From an uncultured Chloroflexia bacterium (GTDB taxonomy: Bacteria > Chloroflexota > Ktedonobacteria > Ktedonobacterales > JADMIN01), in contig CAVRAI010000009.1 in assembly GCA_963718915.1 (NCBI GenBank), positions 270,001 through 302,000 of the forward strand: a stretch of 32,000 nt of DNA. The letters run 5' to 3'. A model generated the notes under the pieces. That model was given only the letters and a program-made list of their open reading frames with translations, was not told where the DNA came from and did no database searches. Position numbers and translations under genes: made by a program. How positions within the stretch are numbered: the stretch's first letter is position 1; the number at the start of each line of letters is the position of its first letter. Below, in pieces: positions 17,845 to 25,571 of the stretch.

Positions 17845-17937
17845 GCGCATTGCACAGAACTATGGTCGGAGGCGGCGCACATTGTGCGCATTTATTTGCC
17901 ATGTGCTCAAAGAGTCTCAAATCTATGCGCAATGCGC
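17845..17937. promoter_or_regulatory. three GCGCA-N-TGCGC-type palindromes in the divergent lipoprotein/sigma promoter region
   Basis: GCGCACAtTGTGCGC at 17875-17889 is a perfect 7-1-7 palindrome. GCGCAaTGCGC at 17927-17937 is a perfect 5-1-5 palindrome. GCGCAtTGCAC at 17845-17855 has one mismatch. Confidence 0.35.
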
Positions 17938-18007
17938 GCAAAAGTGATGCGCTGCCAGGCGTCATCAGTTCAGGGACATCGCAAGGCCAGAGAAGCGTCG
18001 AGGTGAG

Positions 18008-19198
18008 ATGCAACCAGCCATTCGGGATACGACATACGCCATAGCGCTTGAAGACACACTTCGCGCTGAGCGAGGACGCCTGGTACGGTGGTGCGCGTAT
18101 TTGAGCGGAAGCGCTGACGCGGCGGAAGACCTCGTACAGGAGACCTGCGCGGCTGCCTGGCGTAGCGCGCGACGACCAGATCATGTCGAGGAGTTACCCG
18201 CGTGGCTTGCGGGCATTGCGCGCAACATCTGTCTATCCTGGAGGCGGCGCCAGCAGCGCGAAACAGCCCATCACGCCAGGCTGTCCGCCAGTCAGGCGCA
18301 TGATGACCGGCAAGCCTCTATGGGTCGCCGCAACGAGGAGCCAGCCGATCCCTTTGATCCCGCGATTCTGCTCGAAAAGGATGAACTGGCGCGCCTGTTG
18401 GATCGCGCACTGGGCCTGCTGCCAGACGAGACCAGGAAAGCGCTTATCGTTAAATATATCGAGGACGTTCCCCTGGCAGAGGGCGCGGCGCGACTGGGTA
18501 TGAGCGAGAGCGCGCTTGCCGCTCGCCTCCATCGTGGGAAGGTGTCGCTCCGTCGTCTGCTCACCGCAGAGCTGCGCGCCGAAGCGACCCTGTATGGACT
18601 GGCGCCGCCGACAGACGATGGCTGGCGAGAGACACGCATCTGGTGTCCGGAGTGCGCGGCATATCATCTCACAGGCAAGTTGATACAGGACCGCGACACA
18701 TTTGCCCTGCGCTGTCCCCAATGTTTTGCGCGTCATCCCGTAGACTTCGCCAGTTGGTATGAACCGGGGCTATTCGCCGGATTATCGAGCCACCGCGCGG
18801 CGCTCACCCGGCTCGCTCACAGCGCCTACGACTTCTACCATCAGGCGCTGCGACACGGCAACGTATCCTGTAGACGATGTGGAGGACGCGCGCTGGTGAG
18901 CCGGGAAAACTCCGACGAGTTGGCGGAAGGCGCTCATGATCCAGTGTGCGTGCGGGTCCATTGCATTGAGTGTCGCGCAACAGCTATGACCACGCTCAGC
19001 GGACTGCTGCTCTGTCACACCCAGACCCAGCGATTCTGGCGCAGCCATCCACGGATGCTGGCGTTGCCCCACCGCAGCATCGAATACCACGGGCGTCCAG
19101 CTATCCTGACCACCTTTGTTAGCCGAGATGGCGTCGGGCGATTGGCGCTGATTTCAGACCAGCGCACACTTGAGACACTCGACACCACCTGCGCGTAA
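18008..19198 (+). CDS. ECF-type sigma-70 family factor with ~200-aa Cys-rich C-terminal extension
   Basis: Region 2 (DLVQETCAAAW, WLAGIARNICLSWRRR) and region 4 (LIVKYIEDVPLAEGAARLGMSESALAARLHRGKVSLRRLL). The extension carries four CxxC pairs (CPEC, CPQC, CRRC, CIEC). Confidence 0.85.
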   Translation: MQPAIRDTTYAIALEDTLRAERGRLVRWCAYLSGSADAAEDLVQETCAAAWRSARRPDHVEELPAWLAGIARNICLSWRRRQQRETAHHARLSASQAHDDRQASMGRRNEEPADPFDPAILLEKDELARLLDRALGLLPDETRKALIVKYIEDVPLAEGAARLGMSESALAARLHRGKVSLRRLLTAELRAEATLYGLAPPTDDGWRETRIWCPECAAYHLTGKLIQDRDTFALRCPQCFARHPVDFASWYEPGLFAGLSSHRAALTRLAHSAYDFYHQALRHGNVSCRRCGGRALVSRENSDELAEGAHDPVCVRVHCIECRATAMTTLSGLLLCHTQTQRFWRSHPRMLALPHRSIEYHGRPAILTTFVSRDGVGRLALISDQRTLETLDTTCA

Positions 19199-19277
19199 GT
19201 CCTTCGCAATTTGAGAGGCATATCGCATATAATAGGCTTATCTCATCCGTCGCTTGCCCGCAGAGGAGGCAGCCCCG

Positions 19278-19970
19278 ATGGCCAGTCCGGTGAAACCGCG
19301 CATCTTTCTCAGCCACAGCCACAAGGATAATCTCTTCTGCCGCCCGTTCGTCGCGCATCTCCGCGCCGCGCTGAACCTGAGCGACCCCGATGACATTTTC
19401 TACGACGAGGCCACGCTACACCTGGGCGATGCCTGGCTTGAGCGCATTCAACACGAGGTGCTCGCGCGTCCGGTCTTTCTCGTGATACTCACACCAAATT
19501 CGGTCGCCGCCGATTACGTGCGTACGGAGACCAATCTTGCGCTGCGCGAGACGATCAGCCATCGCGATGAGCGCTGGATCGTCTCGATACTGGCGGAGGA
19601 GTGCGAGCCGAACCAGCTTGCCCCGCTGCTCGGTAACTACCAGATGGCCAACTTCGCCCGGAAGCCCTACGATGTCGCCTTCGCCGAACTGGTTGCCTTT
19701 CTCACCAGCATAGGTGTTGGTAACGACGAGCGCACCCTTACGGACGACCTGAGGAGTTTGCGGGCGGACCGCGACAAATACTATAAGGAATCCCAGATTA
19801 ATTATGACATGTACGTCAAAATGAAAGTAGACCGAGACAAATTTCATCAAGAACTGGATCGACTGCATGCCGTGCAGCAAAAAACGGTGAGCCGTGACAA
19901 ATACGAAGACCTGATGCGGCGGTATGAGCAAATGCAACAGGAAGTCGAGCAACTTCGCAAAATGCCATGA
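19278..19970 (+). CDS. TIR-domain protein with C-terminal coiled-coil repeat tail
   Basis: The ATG at 19278 has GAGGAGG 7 nt upstream. TIR_2-like pattern: IFLSHSHKD...GDAWLERIQHEV...FLVILTPNSVAADYVRTETNLAL. The tail has three (D/S)RDK(Y/F) repeats and heptad-like charged sequence. A TATAAT box lies at 19228-19233. Confidence 0.8.
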   Translation: MASPVKPRIFLSHSHKDNLFCRPFVAHLRAALNLSDPDDIFYDEATLHLGDAWLERIQHEVLARPVFLVILTPNSVAADYVRTETNLALRETISHRDERWIVSILAEECEPNQLAPLLGNYQMANFARKPYDVAFAELVAFLTSIGVGNDERTLTDDLRSLRADRDKYYKESQINYDMYVKMKVDRDKFHQELDRLHAVQQKTVSRDKYEDLMRRYEQMQQEVEQLRKMP

Positions 19971-20062
19971 ATCCAGATAACGAAACGGCTATCTCAACTG
20001 ACGGATTCTCGCACGAAATCGCTCGATGGATAGCGGGCAAATCGCCATCCGCCAGCCTGCTC

Positions 20063-20344
20063 CTAATGGCCTGTGGCCGGGGGGCGCTTGCCACGCAGCA
20101 GCGCGATAAGCCCCCACAGCGAGACGAGCGCCCAGACGCCCTCCAGTAGCACGAATCCCCATTCGCGTTGCGCGTCGCAAAACGCCAGGACACAGAGGAT
20201 GGCTGAGCCAGCCACATTCGGGAGCAGATACGGCCAGGAATGCTGGCCAAGCAGGCGGAACTGCGCCAGGGCAAAAGGCGCGAGGATGAGCAACGCGCCG
20301 AAGATTTGCACAATACTACTGATCGTCATTGGGTAGGACTCCAT
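20063..20344 (-). CDS. small integral membrane protein (about 3 TM helices)
   Basis: 93-aa ORF with hydrophobic segments IVQIFGALLILAPFALA, LLPNVAGSAILCVLAF and GVWALVSLWGLIALL. No family assigned with confidence. Confidence 0.6.
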   Translation of the reverse strand: MESYPMTISSIVQIFGALLILAPFALAQFRLLGQHSWPYLLPNVAGSAILCVLAFCDAQREWGFVLLEGVWALVSLWGLIALLRGKRPPATGH

Positions 20345-20462
20345 GCGTCGTCTTTGCGGACCGGGTACGGCGCATCTCGTCCGGAGAAAGCCCAGGGCGG
20401 GCTTATTGATACAGTATATCGCGCCGCCACGCTCTTCGTCCGCTTGTCTCGTGCGATAGGCG

Positions 20463-21216
20463 CTAGGCGAGCACAGTCACGCGCGTGACGATCAGGTTGA
20501 CGGCGCGATCATCGATCATCAGGTGCGGCGAGGCGTCCATCGGCGTCGCACTCGACACTGGCGAGACACAGTCACCCGACGAGCAGAAGTTGACGGTGTC
20601 GCCCGCCAGACTGACGCTAAATGACTGCGCCCCACCGTGGACGACGTAGTCCGAGGTAAACAGGCCTGAGGGATACGTCCCGCCGCGCGCGACTACCAGA
20701 ACCGCTCCGACACATCCCCCCAGCGAGGGATTCCACGCGCCCTGGTGCATCGGCGTGCATTGCATCTGCGCCAGATACTGGCGTTCGCCAGCCGCGTTGA
20801 ACGCCGTCAGGCCAAAGTGTCCCCCAATCTCCGCGCGCACAATCTGGTAGTCCATCTCAATCGTGTAATTGCGCGTCGTCGGCGCATAGGGGATCTCGAC
20901 CTCCACCGCCTGGCCGCCGGAGATAGCCAGATGCCCATCGGCAACCTTCACCGTCGCGGGCAAGCGTCCAGCCGTCGGCGCCGTGCGACCAGTCGGACTG
21001 ATAGACCACCCGTGGCGCGGGCGTCGCGGTGGCGCTCGGCGTGGCATGTGTCCCGACCGCAACGCCCGCATTCCCGCGCGTTGCCCCCCAGACAACTGCC
21101 GCGATAATCGCCACAAGCACCACGACCGCCCCAGCAATCGCCAGTGGACGCCGCCAGCGCGGCAGGGTTGCTTTTCCGGCGCTGGCGGTATCTGGCGGCT
21201 GTTGATCAGTCAGCAT
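20463..21216 (-). pseudogene. frameshifted paralogue of the LamG/DUF1080-like membrane-anchored protein
   Basis: The N-terminal part (ATG 21216; TM helix AIAGAVVVLVAIIAAVVW; ...VVYQSDWSHGADGWT) is in one frame. The rest (LPATVKVADGHLAISGG...NYTIEMDYQIV...) is in the +1 frame, with the switch near 20964. Domain order matches 1491-2288. Confidence 0.7.
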
Positions 21217-21272
21217 GTCTCTCGTCCTTGCTCGCTCATGGTCATCCTTGTCGATCACCCGTCGCCCCTGTG

Positions 21273-22343
21273 CTAGTCTTTCGTCCGTGGATTGAAGGCA
21301 TCGCCCACTCCGTCGCCTACGAACGAGAAGCACAGCACCAGCGCGGCCAGCACCAGCACCGGCCAGAGCACCTCGGTCCACTGGATGTAGATCTGCCCCG
21401 ACGCATCCGAGATCATCAGCCCCAGGCTCGATCCCGGCGCCTGCACCCCCAGACCGAGCAGCGAGAGCGTCGCCTCCGCCGTGATGATGCCCACCATATC
21501 CAACGTCGCCGCCGTCAGCACGATGTTGAAGAGATTGGGTACGATGTGGCGCGTGATAACCGCCCGGTCGGTGCCACCGACACTCCGCGCCGCCTCGACA
21601 TATTGCTGCCCTTTGAGCGAAAGCGTCTGGCCGCGTACAAAACGCGCCATCTGTGGCCAGATGGTAAAGCCAAGCGCCAGGGCCACCAGCAGCAAGCGCC
21701 CCGATGGGCCGAAACGGTCGATAAACGCCGGGCCGAGCGTCGCCGCCGCCAGGATCGCGAAGAGCAGGATGGGGAACGCGAACATCAGATCGGTGAAGCG
21801 CGCCAGGAAGGTATCCATCCAGCCGCCGAAGAAGCCCGCAAGCGTCCCAATCACCAGGCCCAGGACAACGTCAAAGGTCACAACCACCGCCGTGATAACG
21901 ATCGAGACCTGAACTCCAGCCATCAGGCGGGCCAGAATGTCACGACCGAGCTGGTCCGTGCCCAGCGGATAGGCTGCGCTCGGTGGCTGATTGAGCTTGG
22001 TCAACTCCTGGTGGGTGGGATCGTGGTAAATCTGCGGGCCGATGTGGTCCTGCAACGACGGGCCGCCGATGATGGTCGGGCCGATGTGCATATAGAGAAT
22101 CGGGCCGAGAAAGCTGATCCCGACGATGCCCACGATGAGCGCCAGGCTAATCATCGCCCGCTTGTCGCGCATGAAGCGCCGCAGCGAGGTCACGAATGGC
22201 GATCTCGACTTCGCCTCAGGATTGTCCATCATCACCTGCGTGTCGAGCATCGCCTGGGTCGGCGTCGCCGAAGTGTCATAGTATGGGCCAACGCCGACCT
22301 GCGTGCCGACGGCCTGCTTGTCAAAGTCACTGTTGATGGTCAT
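21273..22343 (-). CDS. ABC transporter permease (OppC/DppC-like)
   Basis: 356-aa multi-TM ORF with an OppC_N-like N-terminus and the BPD_transp_1 EAA-loop region (YVEAARSVGGTDRAVITRHIVPN). Confidence 0.9.
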   Translation of the reverse strand: MTINSDFDKQAVGTQVGVGPYYDTSATPTQAMLDTQVMMDNPEAKSRSPFVTSLRRFMRDKRAMISLALIVGIVGISFLGPILYMHIGPTIIGGPSLQDHIGPQIYHDPTHQELTKLNQPPSAAYPLGTDQLGRDILARLMAGVQVSIVITAVVVTFDVVLGLVIGTLAGFFGGWMDTFLARFTDLMFAFPILLFAILAAATLGPAFIDRFGPSGRLLLVALALGFTIWPQMARFVRGQTLSLKGQQYVEAARSVGGTDRAVITRHIVPNLFNIVLTAATLDMVGIITAEATLSLLGLGVQAPGSSLGLMISDASGQIYIQWTEVLWPVLVLAALVLCFSFVGDGVGDAFNPRTKD

Positions 22344-22391
22344 AAATCACCAGCCTTCTCGTGCGTATCTCGCATCTCACTCCCGCTCCCA

Positions 22392-23411
22392 CTATTCGGT
22401 CTTGATGCGTGGGTCGGCGAAACCATAGGCTATATCCGTCACCAGATTCATCAGGACGATGGCGACCGCCAGTATGATCACCGTCCCCTGCACAACGGGG
22501 AAGTCGCGCTGGGTAATCGCCGAAATCGTTTCCGCGCCGATGCCGGGGATATTGAACAGCAACTCGACCACAAACACCCCCACCACGGCGAAGGCCAGCG
22601 CTGGGCCGACAGCGGTGAGCAGTGGGATCAGCGCGTTGCGAAAGGCATGGCGCCAGACGACCATGCGCTCGTGGATGCCCTTGGCGCGCGCCGTACGCAC
22701 ATAGTCCTGCCCCAGCACTTCGAGCATGCTCGAACGGGTGAGACGCACGTAGAAGGCGAAGATACTCAGGCTGAAGATGATGATGGGGGCGATCATCGTA
22801 TCGAGCGTTCCCCAGCCAGAGACCGCCAGCGATGGCAGCCCCTGTGAATGCAGCCAGACCATCACGAGGTCAAAGATCGGGATGATAACGAAGGCTGGCA
22901 ACGCAAACAGTACCAGCGCGACCCCCTGCACCGTGCTGTCGACGCGGGTCCGCGCCCGCACCGCCGCGACGACCCCTAATGGCACACCCACCACCACCGC
23001 GAGGACAACGCCCCCGATACCCAGCACTGCCGACGCGGGAACGTAGCGCGCCAGGATCGACCAGACGGTATCCGCGTCACTGATATAGGAGTAGCCCAGG
23101 TCTAAATGCAGCAGACGCCCCAGGAAGTTGAGATACTGCTGATACCAGGGCAGGTCCAGCCCATAGAAGTGGGTCAGTTGATCGTAGGTCTCTTTGCTAT
23201 AGTGTTGTCCCAGTTGCGAATAGACCGCATTGCCGGGAGCAAAATAGCCCATGATGAACGTGATGAACGTCACCCCAATGATCACAAACACCAGCCCGAC
23301 CAGGCGGCGTATCACGAAGCGAATCCCCAGCCGCAGAGCAGCGAACACCAGGAGCGCCAGCACTGCGAGACCAAGGATTATTGGGGCCGCACTCGAAAGC
23401 AAATTATCCAT
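22392..23411 (-). CDS. ABC transporter permease (OppB/DppB-like)
   Basis: 339-aa multi-TM ORF with the typical N-terminus (FVIRRLVGLVFVIIGVTFITF) and EAA loop (DYVRTARAKGIHERMVVWRHAFRNA). Confidence 0.9.
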   Translation of the reverse strand: MDNLLSSAAPIILGLAVLALLVFAALRLGIRFVIRRLVGLVFVIIGVTFITFIMGYFAPGNAVYSQLGQHYSKETYDQLTHFYGLDLPWYQQYLNFLGRLLHLDLGYSYISDADTVWSILARYVPASAVLGIGGVVLAVVVGVPLGVVAAVRARTRVDSTVQGVALVLFALPAFVIIPIFDLVMVWLHSQGLPSLAVSGWGTLDTMIAPIIIFSLSIFAFYVRLTRSSMLEVLGQDYVRTARAKGIHERMVVWRHAFRNALIPLLTAVGPALAFAVVGVFVVELLFNIPGIGAETISAITQRDFPVVQGTVIILAVAIVLMNLVTDIAYGFADPRIKTE

Positions 23412-23540
23412 AAACTCATCTCCCCTGGCGACTTTCGCATGGAATGGTTCAGCGTTGTGCGAGAGGTTTTGCTATGCGCGGGAGCGGAACAGATGGCAAG
23501 GCTGATACGCCCAATCTGGCCGCGCGCCATCGTGAGCGAA

Positions 23541-23578
23541 GGAGAAGGCAGAGCCACACACGCAGCCCTGCTTTCTCC
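23541..23578 (-). terminator. strong intercistronic stem-loop between the SBP and permease genes (attenuator or mRNA stabiliser)
   Basis: GGAGAAGGCAGAGC...GCCCTGCTTTCTCC forms a 14-bp stem (one mismatch, one G-U) with a 10-nt loop, starting 45 nt after the SBP stop. There is no U-tract, so it is probably not a full terminator. Confidence 0.45.
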
Positions 23579-23622
23579 TCCCACCACACGTTCAGACAAG
23601 CGCCTGGGCGCTAGCCTTTGCG

Positions 23623-25356
23623 CTAGCCTTTCATGTAGACATTGCTCTGCCAGTCGACGAGCGATGTGTAGCCAGAGGTCGTCTGGCGATAGCCCGCGAT
23701 CTTGCTGCTGTCGAAGAGCCAGACCGCGATCTGCTGGTTTGTTGAGATCCAGCCAACCTGATCGACCATCATCTGCTCGGCCTGGTTGTACAGTTGGAAG
23801 CGCTTTGCCGAATCCTGCTCAACATCGGCCTGGTTCATCAGGTCGTTGGCTGGCGCATAGTCGATGTTCTGCACGTTCACCGACGAGCCAGGCAGGAATT
23901 GCAGCGAGAGCCAGTCCTGTGGGTCCGGATAGTCCACGATCCAGGCGATGCCGAAGATCTGCGGCGCGCTGCCGGAGTAGACGTCGTTGATGAGCGTCCC
24001 GAAGTCCACATTGCTGATCTGCACCGGATAGCCAGGCAGAGCCGTCTTCCACATCTGGAGCAGCGCCTGCGAGCCAGCGATGTTGCTCGGTGTGTTGCTC
24101 GTCTCATACGTCACCTTGGGGCAGTTGGCAATGACTCCGCCGCACTTGCGGTTAGCGTAGTCGGTAATCAACTGCTTCGCCATCGCATCATCGGCCTTGT
24201 TGGCAGCGGTACCCGTCTTCCCATCAATGTTCTTGAGGTTTTCGTTGTAGCCTGGCTGCCCCTTCGGCACGATATGGTAGGTCGGCGTTCCAGCGCCATT
24301 GGCTACGGCGTTCAAGGCGTCGCGGTCGACGGCCAGCGCGAATGCCTGGCGGGCCGCCACGTCATCGAAGGGGGCTTTCGCCCAGTTCGGAGCGATGTAG
24401 CTGATGGCCAGGTTATCGTTCTGATGGAAGTCACTGCGCGTCTTCATCTGCGGGTAGGTCGCCGTGGGCGGCAGGCCAGCGATACCTACATCAACCTGCC
24501 CGTTCAGGTAGGAGTTGTAGGAGGTGTCGGCGTCTTTGTAGATCTTGAAGTTGATCTGGCGCAGCTTCGGCTTGGTTCCCCAGAAGTTGTCGTTGCGCGT
24601 CAACTGCAGATTGCCCTTGTGATCCCACACGGTGACTTTGAACAGGTTGCCACCAAAGCCGCCATTATCGGTCAGGTGGTCGGTCCAGCTCTTGATGCCG
24701 TACTTCTCAATCAACTGCTTTGGCGAGGCCAGGACGATAGAAACGGCAGCCACAGTTGGAATGAAGAAGGCATACGGCTTCTCGAGCGTGACGGTCAGCG
24801 TCTGCGGGTCGGTCACCACGATTGACTTGCCAATGAGGGTATCGTTCGAGACCGGGTTCGCGGCGTTGGCGTCAGGGCAGGCGCTTTGATTGAAGGCCGC
24901 TGCGCCCTTGATTGGGTACAGATACGAGGCAGCGCCCGAATTGGTGCAGGGATCGAGGCCGCGGTTCCACGAGTACGCGAAGGTGTTGGCGTCGATCGGA
25001 GTACCATCAGACCACTTCAGGCCAGACCGGATCTTGAATGTGTAGGTCAGGCCACCATCACTGACGGTAGGCATCCCATCGGCTGCCCATGGAATGACTT
25101 TGTAGTCGTTGTCATACGTATACAACCCTGGGAAGACCGGCTGGGCCGCCGAGAATGAATACAGGTCAGTGATCCGCTGCGGATCCATCCGGCTAATGTC
25201 GTTAGCCGCTGGCACTAGGCTGACACTGATCACCTGTTTGCTGTCGGGGGCCACGCCGCCAGCGCTGCCGCTGGTGCCGCCACAGGCGGTTAGCACCATG
25301 ACTGCCATGGATGCCATGGTCAGCAGTGTAAACACGATTGCTTTACGTGAGCGCAT
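23623..25356 (-). CDS. ABC transporter substrate-binding lipoprotein, family 5 (peptide/nickel type)
   Basis: The ATG at 25356 has GGAGAA upstream and gives MRSRKAIVFTLLTMASMAVMVLTACGG (lipobox). Its length and motifs are typical of SBP_bac_5. Confidence 0.9.
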   Translation of the reverse strand: MRSRKAIVFTLLTMASMAVMVLTACGGTSGSAGGVAPDSKQVISVSLVPAANDISRMDPQRITDLYSFSAAQPVFPGLYTYDNDYKVIPWAADGMPTVSDGGLTYTFKIRSGLKWSDGTPIDANTFAYSWNRGLDPCTNSGAASYLYPIKGAAAFNQSACPDANAANPVSNDTLIGKSIVVTDPQTLTVTLEKPYAFFIPTVAAVSIVLASPKQLIEKYGIKSWTDHLTDNGGFGGNLFKVTVWDHKGNLQLTRNDNFWGTKPKLRQINFKIYKDADTSYNSYLNGQVDVGIAGLPPTATYPQMKTRSDFHQNDNLAISYIAPNWAKAPFDDVAARQAFALAVDRDALNAVANGAGTPTYHIVPKGQPGYNENLKNIDGKTGTAANKADDAMAKQLITDYANRKCGGVIANCPKVTYETSNTPSNIAGSQALLQMWKTALPGYPVQISNVDFGTLINDVYSGSAPQIFGIAWIVDYPDPQDWLSLQFLPGSSVNVQNIDYAPANDLMNQADVEQDSAKRFQLYNQAEQMMVDQVGWISTNQQIAVWLFDSSKIAGYRQTTSGYTSLVDWQSNVYMKG

Positions 25357-25458
25357 ATCCTGCTTTCTCCTAAGAACTGCGGACGATGCTTGCCTTTGCA
25401 TGCAGTGTGGCAATCAGCAACAACTACGGCATCATACGTGCTGCCATCTCGCCTGTGA

Positions 25459-25551
25459 GCGCAGAAATACAGCGGATTCGCGCAGAGATCCGACGTATTT
25501 GCGCAGAGTTGGAGAGGACGGCGCGCAGACTCATGATCCTTCAGTCTGCGC
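25459..25551. promoter_or_regulatory. four phased GCGCAGA direct repeats plus one inverted copy upstream of the ABC operon
   Basis: GCGCAGA occurs at 25459, 25480, 25501 and 25523 (spacing 21, 21 and 22 bp). The inverted TCTGCGC is at 25545-25551. The last direct copy and the inverted copy form a 9-bp hairpin (25523-25531 with 25543-25551). Confidence 0.4.
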
Positions 25552-25571
25552 CCAGTGGCCCGTGACGCCGA

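Noticed and set aside
21144-22847. 567-aa plus-strand ORF
   Set aside because: It is antisense to the two ABC permease genes. The composition is R/H/D/Q-rich and it has no recognisable domain. Shadow ORF.
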